Assembly (NCBI GenBank): GCA_051874735.1 | Contig: JBJEGD010000031.1 | Span: forward strand, 34,681 to 98,680 | Length of the DNA: 64,000 bases | Reading direction: 5' to 3' | Source of the DNA: Candidatus Bruticola sp. | GTDB lineage: Bacteria > Vulcanimicrobiota > Xenobia > Xenobiales > Xenobiaceae | In this document: positions 56,043 through 64,000 of the stretch, in pieces | How the letters are laid out: the number at the start of each line of letters is the position of its first letter | How positions within the stretch are numbered: position 1 is the first letter of the stretch | Program-made: the position numbers and the translations under genes | The notes under the pieces: generated by a model | What the model was told of the DNA's origin: nothing | The model's input: only the letters and a program-made list of their open reading frames with translations | Databases searched by the model: none

Positions 56043-57476
56043 GTGGCAATGTGGAAATTTTTCATTAAGTTGATCGGCCCAGTTCTTGTCGCAGCTTACT
56101 GGGCGGTGTCCGTTGGGGCTCAGTCTCCGGACAGAGATCTAAAGCTACCTTCGTTGCCCGGTTTTAATCATCCGCCTTCTTCAACTTATAAAATTGACAA
56201 CTTTTCTATTTCAGGTACCTCGTCTATCTCTAATGGGGCCTCATCTGTAAAAAAATATGTACTTCCTAATGGGTTCGTGTGTCTTACTTTAGAGGAACCT
56301 AGTAAGAATCTGGTCGTCATTGATTATTTGGTGCGTTGTGGAGTCAGTCAGGAAGGGAGTAACCTTCAGGGTTATAACTTTTTAGTTTTAAAAATGCTCA
56401 GTAACAGAATCTCTGACGACGAATTCGGCGACGATGTAGTAGAAATTACCGGCAGTTTAGTCGATGACGGAGCTTCAGCTGATTACAGCCGCCTGAGTAT
56501 AACTACCTCTCCAGTCAATTATATGTTTATGCTGCGTCGTCTGTGCAAGGCAGTAGCTAATCCGAACTTTTCCCAAGCTGAACTAGATCAAGCTCGTCGC
56601 CAAACTTTAAACCGCATGGGTGACAGTGAAGGAACTTCCGGGCAGCTTTATGATATATTTCTCAGCTGTTTTTACAGAATACATCCTTATAAACGTTCTC
56701 CGCAGGTTGTGCCGGTAATTCTAAATAGAACTTCAGCTGCTAATATTAGTGCTTATTATAAACGTAATTTCACCCCTGATCGAACCGTTTTAACAGCTGC
56801 CGGTAAAGTAAATGCTCAAAAAGTTCGGGAAGAAGTAAGCAGCGCTTGCGCCTCGATGGTGCCCGCCGGAGAGAAAATTTTAGAAGTGCAGTGGGAACCG
56901 CAAGCTTCAGAAAAAGAAGTTTATTTATATTCGCAGTCGGAACTGGCTTGGGTTCTGCTGGGATATCAGGCTCCTTCATTGCAGAGCTCAGATTATGCGG
57001 CTATGCAGATTATTTATGGGGCTTTGGGAGCCGGTTTAAGTTCTCGTCTTTGGACTGAATTGCGTGAAAATAGAGGCTTAGCTTACGAAGTCGGGGCCCG
57101 CTATCCTGAATTGTTGGGCCCTTCCCATTTGCTCTGTCATATTATTACTAAACCAGGTACTGTGGGAATAGCCAGGCGCCGCATGCTAGCAGAAATTGAC
57201 AAATTAAAAAAAGACGGTATGAATGAATTAGAATTAGCCGAAACTAAAGAAAAAATGATAGGACTATACCTGGCCGAAAGAGAGAGTTTGAGTGGCAAAG
57301 TTCTCCATTTAGGTATGGCGGAGCTTTCTGGAGCCGGTTATGAAAGTGATGCTCGCAAAATTCAAGAACTTAAGAGTGTAACTGCTGCTGATATTAAAAG
57401 AGTGGCTAATAAGTATCTGAGAGAACCAACTTTAATCATGGCTCGTCCGGGAGGACTTTTCTATTTTGATTGGTAG
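56043..57476 (+). CDS. M16 peptidase, non-catalytic subunit, with signal peptide
   Basis: LPNG, HPY and SSRLWTELRENRGLAY motifs; no HxxEH. Confidence 0.88.
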   Translation: MAMWKFFIKLIGPVLVAAYWAVSVGAQSPDRDLKLPSLPGFNHPPSSTYKIDNFSISGTSSISNGASSVKKYVLPNGFVCLTLEEPSKNLVVIDYLVRCGVSQEGSNLQGYNFLVLKMLSNRISDDEFGDDVVEITGSLVDDGASADYSRLSITTSPVNYMFMLRRLCKAVANPNFSQAELDQARRQTLNRMGDSEGTSGQLYDIFLSCFYRIHPYKRSPQVVPVILNRTSAANISAYYKRNFTPDRTVLTAAGKVNAQKVREEVSSACASMVPAGEKILEVQWEPQASEKEVYLYSQSELAWVLLGYQAPSLQSSDYAAMQIIYGALGAGLSSRLWTELRENRGLAYEVGARYPELLGPSHLLCHIITKPGTVGIARRRMLAEIDKLKKDGMNELELAETKEKMIGLYLAERESLSGKVLHLGMAELSGAGYESDARKIQELKSVTAADIKRVANKYLREPTLIMARPGGLFYFDW

Positions 57477-57590
57477 GAAAGGCTGCTTCTCTGCAGGTAA
57501 GACAGCTTCTTAGGCTAAATAATCGCTTAATCAGCGTAGCTGTTTGTCCGTTTAGCCGCTTTAGAACTTAAAAAAGTTGAAGTTTATTGC

Positions 57591-58199
57591 ATGATTTGGT
57601 CGTTAATTCTATTAATAGTTTGTTATCTGCTAGGTTCTTTCCCCTCCGGTGTAGTTGTAGCGAAACGTTTTAACGTATCTGATTTATCCTGTTTGGGCAG
57701 TGGTAGCGTGGGCACGACTAACACCTACCGAGTTTTGGGGCTGAAAGCGGCTCTGATTGTATTGAGCCTCGATGTAGTTAAAGGTTTTTTAGCTGTATGT
57801 CTATCTTACTTCGTTTTTGTACCTAGTTTTATGCATCCGGCAGTTAAATTGCTTTTTGGTTTAGCGGCTGTAGCTGGTCATAATTGGTCCATTTTTTTAA
57901 AGTTCAAAGGTGGAAAGGGTGTAGCCACTACTTGTGGGGTCTTTTTAGCTATTGCGCCTCAAGCAGTAGGAATGGCCGCTCTTATTTGGCTGGGAGTAGC
58001 TTTGCTTACTCGCTGGGCTTCGGCAGCTTCGCTTTCTGCTGCTGTGGCTTTTCCGTGTCTAGCTTACGTTTATGGGGCCTCTATATTTGAGATTATTTTT
58101 GCGGTTTTGATGGCAGCTATAGTTTTCTTTCAGCATCGCCGCAACTTGGAACGCCTTATTGCAGGGCAGGAAGAGCGCCTAAACATAAAGTTTTTTTAG
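57591..58199 (+). CDS. plsY: Glycerol-3-phosphate acyltransferase PlsY
   Basis: YLLGS.P, GSGSVGTTN..R, GHNWSIFLKFKGGKGVAT, HRRNL.RL. Confidence 0.95.
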   Translation: MIWSLILLIVCYLLGSFPSGVVVAKRFNVSDLSCLGSGSVGTTNTYRVLGLKAALIVLSLDVVKGFLAVCLSYFVFVPSFMHPAVKLLFGLAAVAGHNWSIFLKFKGGKGVATTCGVFLAIAPQAVGMAALIWLGVALLTRWASAASLSAAVAFPCLAYVYGASIFEIIFAVLMAAIVFFQHRRNLERLIAGQEERLNIKFF

Positions 58200-58259
58200 C
58201 CATAATAAGATCTAATCCTCTGCGGGTGTAGCTGCAGGAAAAGCTTAAAGGAGACATAT

Positions 58260-59387
58260 ATGGAATTTGAAAATCTGCGGGCACTGCTTGACAAAGTGTT
58301 GGCTCTCTCATATCAACAGAAAGCTTCCGATGTCTATATAAAAGCTGATCTTCCGCCTTTTCTGCGTATTACTGGCGTTATGTATCCTGTGCAATGTGAG
58401 GCCTTAACTCCGCAGATGACTGAGTATTTGGCCTTAGCTATCATGCCTGGCCATTTGCGCGATAAGTTCGAGGGCGGTCATCCTGAAGCCAACTTTGTTT
58501 ATCCCCTCAAACATATAGGGCGTTTCCGTGTTAATGCCTACCGCCAAAAAGACAGTGTCGCTATGGTGTTCAGACGGGTAGAAGAAGATATTTTAGATAT
58601 TGAAACCTTAGGCCTCCACCCTGTTCTAAATAAGCTGGTCATGGAAAGGCGCGGCTTGATTTTAGTAACTGGACCTACCGGATCTGGTAAATCTACTACT
58701 CTGGCTTCCATGATTAAGTTTCGCAAAGAGCATTCTAGCGGTCATATAGTAACCATAGAAGATCCTATCGAATATGTGCATACTGATACGAATAAATGCT
58801 TAGTCTCTCAGCGCGAAGTGGGCACTGATACTTTGTGCTTCAGAGACGCTTTAGAAAGTGCTTTGCGTCAGGCTCCCGACGTGCTGCTTGTAGGTGAGAT
58901 GCGTGATTTATCTTCAGTAGAATCGGCTGTATATTTTGCTGAAACTGGTCACTTAGTGCTGTCTACTTTGCACGCTAATAACGCCGTGCAAACTATTGAG
59001 CGTGTTTTGCAGTTTTTCCCTGACGAAATGCATAACCCCGTGCTTTATCAACTGTCTATGAATGTCAAGGCGGTTATAGCTCAGCGCCTGATTCCCGCAG
59101 TTGGCGGAGGTCGCGTGCCGGCTTTAGAAATTATGATTAATAACGCTCGTATTCAGGAATGTTTGCGCGATAATGCTTTAACTACTATTAAAAGAGAGCT
59201 AGATTCTTTCCATCCTGACGGTATGCAAAGTTTTGATTACAATTTACTGCAGCTGTTTAAAGCCGGTAAAATTACAGCTGACGATGCGCTGCGCAACTCC
59301 GATAATGCTAACGACTTGAAGTTGCAGATGCGCCATGCTATGCAGGAGATGAATGAAGCTAATAATCTTATTAAGAACGATTGGTAA
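58260..59387 (+). CDS. pilU: PilU-like retraction ATPase (paralog 5)
   Basis: GPTGSGKSTT, ALRQAPDVLLVGEMRD, FAETGHL, and PilU-type HANNA; lacks AIRNLIRE. Confidence 0.85.
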   Translation: MEFENLRALLDKVLALSYQQKASDVYIKADLPPFLRITGVMYPVQCEALTPQMTEYLALAIMPGHLRDKFEGGHPEANFVYPLKHIGRFRVNAYRQKDSVAMVFRRVEEDILDIETLGLHPVLNKLVMERRGLILVTGPTGSGKSTTLASMIKFRKEHSSGHIVTIEDPIEYVHTDTNKCLVSQREVGTDTLCFRDALESALRQAPDVLLVGEMRDLSSVESAVYFAETGHLVLSTLHANNAVQTIERVLQFFPDEMHNPVLYQLSMNVKAVIAQRLIPAVGGGRVPALEIMINNARIQECLRDNALTTIKRELDSFHPDGMQSFDYNLLQLFKAGKITADDALRNSDNANDLKLQMRHAMQEMNEANNLIKNDW

Positions 59388-59439
59388 GTATTTAAGTTCC
59401 GATAAGTAACGTTAAGAAATAGGTGCAGGTGATCGACAC

Positions 59440-60207
59440 ATGCTTGAACAGCATAAATTGAATTTAGCTAAAAATTTAGAAACAGAAGTTAATCCATACA
59501 TTGTTGACAGCAGTCCGGATGAAATAGACGCAGTTCCGCTCAGCGACAATGATGCTCTAATTAACGGCAATGCTCCTATATTTCATAAAAGAGCTAAGCC
59601 TTTACCTAATCGCATTAAAAGCGGATCTTTTAGTGAAACTATGATAACTGGGGAAACGACTGGCGATATTATTGAAGTGCCCTGGGAATGTATCGAATAC
59701 GTTGCTTTGGGTATGATTATTGAGCGCAGCGAGCAGGACGCTTCAGCTTATAAAGTGCAGAAATTGATGCGTAATTTTTCGCGTATGGCCCAGGGCAATG
59801 TGCACGAAGATGACAAAGATAAAATAGTTACTTTAAAACCTACTAATTTCTTAGATATATACTGCTCTGATAGAGAAGAACCGCTGCGTTTCGATTCTTC
59901 TTCTATAAACTATCGCAGCTTTTTTAAAGAAAAGCTGTCTCACGTTTCTTTCCAGAATTTTTTCCGTTTAGTGCGTGAAGTATGCTTGCATAGTCGTAAA
60001 GCTTACTTCACCGATTCAGTTAAGGCCTTCTTAACTTGGAATCGCGATCGGGTCAAGATCTATAATACGGTTCACGATTTTGAACATGATACTTTTCTGT
60101 GCCTAACTAAGGGACGCCACTTAGTCAGTTGGTCTGATCTAGATTTCACCCGCTTAGGTTGGGCTGACGGTTGGCAGGAAGACGGCAAAAATCAAAACGA
60201 TATTTGA
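59440..60207 (+). CDS. Hypothetical protein
   Basis: 255-aa ORF with AGGTGA SD; no recognised motif. Confidence 0.7.
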   Translation: MLEQHKLNLAKNLETEVNPYIVDSSPDEIDAVPLSDNDALINGNAPIFHKRAKPLPNRIKSGSFSETMITGETTGDIIEVPWECIEYVALGMIIERSEQDASAYKVQKLMRNFSRMAQGNVHEDDKDKIVTLKPTNFLDIYCSDREEPLRFDSSSINYRSFFKEKLSHVSFQNFFRLVREVCLHSRKAYFTDSVKAFLTWNRDRVKIYNTVHDFEHDTFLCLTKGRHLVSWSDLDFTRLGWADGWQEDGKNQNDI

Positions 60208-60224
60208 GGAGAATTTATTATTAT

Positions 60225-62273
60225 ATGGGGACAGAAGCGCAGAAAGAGGAGCTCTCGTCACCTGGCTCTGATCTATATTCTGAGGACAGATCTTTTTTTG
60301 AACCTGAAGATAATAATTGTCAAGTGGATGCTGCTTTTCAGGAAAGTTCTTGTAAAGGTTTCATCAGTGTAGAAGAGGCTATGGAAAAGTGGCTGGGAGC
60401 CTTCTATTTCAGTTGTTCTGCTGAGACTCGCGGTACCGTAAATATAGAATCCATACCTCTGCATGAAGCCAAAGGGCGCATTTGTGCAGAGCCTGTAGTT
60501 GCTCTTTGTTCAGTGCCCAACGTCTTTTCTGCAGCTGTAAATGGCTTAGCTGTGAATTCTGCTAGTCTCTTGGGAGCTTCGCCGGCTGAGCCGCGCCGCT
60601 TTACTTTGGGAAAAGACTGCGCTTTGGTCAGTACCGGCGATTCCATGCCGGAGTCTTACGATTTAGTTTTACCTCTAAATGAGGTTAAATTCTCAGACAA
60701 TATCGCTTTTGTCAGCCATATTGATGAACCTTGGAAAAATGTACGCCCTATAGGTGAGGATATCGAGAAAGGGAGTATTTTGGCGCCAGTCGGTGTCAAG
60801 ATAAGCGCTTACGATATCAGCATGATGATGATGGGCGGTATAAGCCAGGTTAGAGTTTACCGTAAGCCTAAAATCACCGTTATAAATGCTAGTCAGCGTT
60901 TCGGCTTTCGTAACAATATTTCTGAAAATGGCGAAATAGTTAATGGCACTGGAGCTTTGATTGCCGGTCTGCTGATGGAAGAAGGCGCTGATAGCCAGTG
61001 TTTTCCGCTGTGCATAGAAAATAATTTAGAATATGCTGAAGAAGAGATTAAGCGAATTACCTCTCAGTCTGACGGGGTTATTCTTATCTCTGAACCTGAA
61101 GAGTGTATAAGTGAAGTTCTCAATATTTTGAGAGCTAATGGTCAGTTGTTAGCTGAAGATATTGCGCTCAATCCGGGACGTGGTTTAGTACTTTTCAAAC
61201 TGTCAGGCAAACCGCTGATAGTTGTTCCTTGTTTCCCCGCTGTAGCTTATGTGGGCTCCGCTATCTTCATGCAGCCTTTAATAAAATTTATGTTGGGAGG
61301 CGTCGAGGAACCGAGTGTTTTGGAGTGGTCTAAGCTGGCGGTCAAGGTGGACACCGATCCTAATGTTAAAGATTTTACTTTTGTCAAGCTGTCTCTTATA
61401 GAAAATCAGAGGATAGCTGTGCCCAATACGCACAATATTTTGATGCGTTCATTTGCTTCTGCTGATGGCTATATTTTATCTCCCAAAGGCGAAAATGGTT
61501 TTGAAGAAGGTAGCAACGTTTTAGTTAAAAGAATTAAGCCGCTTCGTTCTATAGAAAGAAATATTGTCATCATGGGCAGTCAAGATGTCTGCTGTAGTTT
61601 ACTCAATAAACATTGTCTTATGAAGCGTCCGGCTGTTAATCTCATTTGGAAAGGGCTAAGCAGCTATTTAAGTGCCGCTAAACTTAAAGAAAAGTTTTGC
61701 CATATGGCTGCATTGCATATTTTTGACACGCGCAGCGGTCTTTATAATATTCCTTTTTTAAAAGACAATTTTTCCGATTTCCCCGTGGTACTTTTGGGAT
61801 TATACAGACGCAGCTTAGGCTTTGTGGTCGCACCCGGTAACCCTTTAGATATTAATACGCTAAGCGATTTAACCAGAAAAGAAGTGCGTTTTGTCAATCG
61901 TCAGTTGGGAGCGGGCACGCGCCAACTTTTTGATTGGAATTTAGCTAAAGAACGTATAGATCCCATTTACATTAATGGGTACGATCGCTGTCTGAACAAC
62001 CATTTAGCTTCTGCCGCTGAGGTTGCGGCCGGACGAGCTGATGCTGGCCTATCTATACCCGCTGCTGCTAAAGCTATGGGATTAACTTTTGTGCCTTATT
62101 GGTCGGAGTGTCTCGATTTAGCTGTACCCACTGCTTCGTTGGCCGTACCAGCTGTGCGCGATTTTATTGAAGTGCTGCATTCTCTAGAATTTAAAAAAGA
62201 ATGTTCTCAAGTTCTGCAGTTTTACGATTTTAGCTGTGCCGGTGAAGTCATATGGAGTAATGTTAACGTTTAA
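60225..62273 (+). CDS. MoeA-like protein fused to a PBP (molybdate-binding-type) domain; MoeA motifs degenerate
   Basis: GRICAEPV, TGDSMP, NVRPIGEDI..G, ADG; C-terminal GNP..I...DL....RFVNRQ.GAGTR. GAGGAG SD before ATG at 60225. Confidence 0.85.
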   Translation: MGTEAQKEELSSPGSDLYSEDRSFFEPEDNNCQVDAAFQESSCKGFISVEEAMEKWLGAFYFSCSAETRGTVNIESIPLHEAKGRICAEPVVALCSVPNVFSAAVNGLAVNSASLLGASPAEPRRFTLGKDCALVSTGDSMPESYDLVLPLNEVKFSDNIAFVSHIDEPWKNVRPIGEDIEKGSILAPVGVKISAYDISMMMMGGISQVRVYRKPKITVINASQRFGFRNNISENGEIVNGTGALIAGLLMEEGADSQCFPLCIENNLEYAEEEIKRITSQSDGVILISEPEECISEVLNILRANGQLLAEDIALNPGRGLVLFKLSGKPLIVVPCFPAVAYVGSAIFMQPLIKFMLGGVEEPSVLEWSKLAVKVDTDPNVKDFTFVKLSLIENQRIAVPNTHNILMRSFASADGYILSPKGENGFEEGSNVLVKRIKPLRSIERNIVIMGSQDVCCSLLNKHCLMKRPAVNLIWKGLSSYLSAAKLKEKFCHMAALHIFDTRSGLYNIPFLKDNFSDFPVVLLGLYRRSLGFVVAPGNPLDINTLSDLTRKEVRFVNRQLGAGTRQLFDWNLAKERIDPIYINGYDRCLNNHLASAAEVAAGRADAGLSIPAAAKAMGLTFVPYWSECLDLAVPTASLAVPAVRDFIEVLHSLEFKKECSQVLQFYDFSCAGEVIWSNVNV

Positions 62274-62306
62274 AAGCTTCTTGCTGAATGGTTTGCCTGC
62301 TATGAG

Positions 62307-62333
62307 GCAGGTATAGGCGCGTCGCGGGCGAAT
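62307..62333 (+). promoter_or_regulatory. Sigma-H-like promoter immediately before the DUF711 gene
   Basis: GCAGGT-N17-GAAT, with GGC before the -10 element. Confidence 0.5.
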
Positions 62334-62344
62334 AGGCGGGCGCT

Positions 62345-63709
62345 ATGTGGCTAGCTGCTAATGAAGTTTTTGATACTTTGCGTATGATCGAAAATGAACA
62401 CCTCGATGTGCGCACCGTTACTATGGGATTGAATCTGCAGGATTGCGCGTCTGGTTCTATGCGCACTACCTGTGATAAGGTTACAGAAAAGATTCTGAAG
62501 GTCGGTGAAAGGCTTGTTCCTGTTGTCGAGCAAGTTTCTCAAGAGTTTGGTGTTCCTATCGTCAATAAACGTATCGCCCTTTCACCTCTCTCTCTTTTAG
62601 GCGCTTCTACTGGAGCTGATTCTTACGTGCCCTTAGCTTTAGCTGTCGATAAAGCTGCTAAAGAAATAGGGGTCGATTATATCGGCGGCTTCAGTGCTAT
62701 TGTGCATAAGGGCTTTACCAACGCTGACCGCGTTCTTTTTAATTCTATACCTGAAGCCTTAAACGTTACAGACAGAGTCTGCTCTTCAGTCTCGCTTGGT
62801 TCTACGAAGGCCGGCATCAATATGGATGCGGTGAAGTTGTTTGGTGAAGTAGTTCACAAAACAGCCTTCCTTCGTCCGGAATTGGAGGGGCTACCTTGCT
62901 GCAAGTTAGTGTGCTTCTGCAATATGGTGGAGGATAATCCTTTTATTGCTGGAGCTATGCATGGGGTAGGCGAGCCTGAATGCTCTATTAATGTCGGTAT
63001 TAGCGGTCCTGGTGTAGTTAATGCGGCTATTAGACGTTTAGGAAATAGAGCCGATTTAGGTAAGGTCGCTGAGGCGGTTAAGCGCACTGCCTTCAAAATT
63101 ACCCGCATGGGGGAATTAGTTGGACGTGAGGTGTCTCGCCGTCTGAAAGTAAATTTCGGCATCCTCGATTTGTCTTTAGCTCCCACGCCGGAACGTGGCG
63201 ATTCTGTGGCCGATGTTTTAGAAGCTATGGGATTGGAGCGCTGTGGCACTCATGGTACGACAGCCGCTTTAGCGTTGCTTAACGATGCTGTCAAGAAGGG
63301 AGGCACCATGGCCTCCTCTTATGTTGGTGGTCTGTCGGGAGCTTTTATCCCCCTTTCAGAAGATGAGGAGATGGCTTATTGTGCTCAGATAGGGGCTCTC
63401 TCTCTAGATAAGCTAGAGGCTATGACTTGCGTTTGCTCGGTAGGCCTAGATATGATTGCCGTTCCTGGTGACACTCCTCCAGCCACAATTTCTGGAATTG
63501 TCGCTGATGAAATGGCTATAGGCATGGTCAACAGTAAAACTACAGCAGTGCGCATTTTACCGATTCCGGGCAAAAAAGCCGGCGACAAGGTCGATTATGG
63601 CGGGCTTTTAGGTTCTGCTTCTATCATAGCTGTTAATCCTCATAGTTCTTCTGTGTTTATTGAACGCGGTGGACGAATCCCTGCGCCATTGCAAGCTTTG
63701 AAGAACTAG
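62345..63709 (+). CDS. UPF0210/DUF711 (PFL-like fold) family protein
   Basis: [59 protein letters not shown]. Confidence 0.92.
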   Translation: MWLAANEVFDTLRMIENEHLDVRTVTMGLNLQDCASGSMRTTCDKVTEKILKVGERLVPVVEQVSQEFGVPIVNKRIALSPLSLLGASTGADSYVPLALAVDKAAKEIGVDYIGGFSAIVHKGFTNADRVLFNSIPEALNVTDRVCSSVSLGSTKAGINMDAVKLFGEVVHKTAFLRPELEGLPCCKLVCFCNMVEDNPFIAGAMHGVGEPECSINVGISGPGVVNAAIRRLGNRADLGKVAEAVKRTAFKITRMGELVGREVSRRLKVNFGILDLSLAPTPERGDSVADVLEAMGLERCGTHGTTAALALLNDAVKKGGTMASSYVGGLSGAFIPLSEDEEMAYCAQIGALSLDKLEAMTCVCSVGLDMIAVPGDTPPATISGIVADEMAIGMVNSKTTAVRILPIPGKKAGDKVDYGGLLGSASIIAVNPHSSSVFIERGGRIPAPLQALKN

Positions 63710-63848
63710 TCGGCTATCGTTTAACTCCTCCTAATGAGCCGCCGAAGTTAAGTCTGTTGGGCAGATCAGCTTCAGCGGCTTTTTATTTGTACTTATCTGC
63801 TAAAGAACTACCGCAGATATTATTTAATCAGGAGGCGAACTATTTAGT

Positions 63849-64000
63849 ATGGCTAAAGATTCAGAACTGCAGGGCGGTTTGTTTGCTTTTGATGACGATA
63901 GGGAAGATTCTGGCCGCAAGTTATTCTCTGAAAAAAAATCACCTTTTAAGGCAGTGTCATCGCGTCATGATTTTATTTCGCCTAATTTGAAAGCTGCCTC
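63849..64000 (+). CDS. Start of an unidentified CDS that runs off the window; absent from the ORF track
   Basis: AGGAGG at 63830-63835, ATG at 63849: MAKDSELQGGLFAFDDDREDSGRKLFSEKK..., open to the window end. Confidence 0.7.
   Translation, partial: MAKDSELQGGLFAFDDDREDSGRKLFSEKKSPFKAVSSRHDFISPNLKAA

Noticed and set aside
63757-63990. 77-aa plus-strand ORF in the track
   Set aside because: A different frame starting at ATG 63849, with an AGGAGG SD and open to the window end, is more credible.

Overview
Bacterial chromosomal segment of moderate GC (roughly 40-45% by eye), mostly core genome. I found no integrase, transposase, phage gene or CRISPR array. Housekeeping genes include hflX, infA, lgt, serC, serS, cysS-rlmB-sigH, tsaC plus tsaE-tsaB-rimI-tsaD, recQ, plsY and four tRNAs (Thr-TGT, Tyr-GTA, Gln-CTG, Glu-CTC). 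Main points of interest: (1) Five PilT/PilU retraction ATPases occur with no other pilus genes; one has lost its catalytic residues, and one pair is co-oriented with FHA-RodA-PBP genes. (2) A recurring sigma-H-like promoter motif, (GC/AA)AGGN-N17-GAA, lies upstream of both pilT pairs and several other genes. (3) Two divergent paralogous unknown proteins, one with a RanBP2-type zinc finger, flank a low-complexity protein resembling a translocator or pore former. (4) A probable stand-alone sRNA carries an anti-Shine-Dalgarno sequence that matches the pilT3 ribosome-binding site. (5) F420-related and selenium-molybdenum hydroxylase accessory genes are present, plus a degenerate MoeA fusion. (6) Two genes truncated at the window edges are missing from the ORF track. 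The gene mix suggests a non-Firmicute Terrabacteria lineage such as Eremiobacterota; this is low-confidence inference. All calls come from reading motifs by eye, with no database searches.
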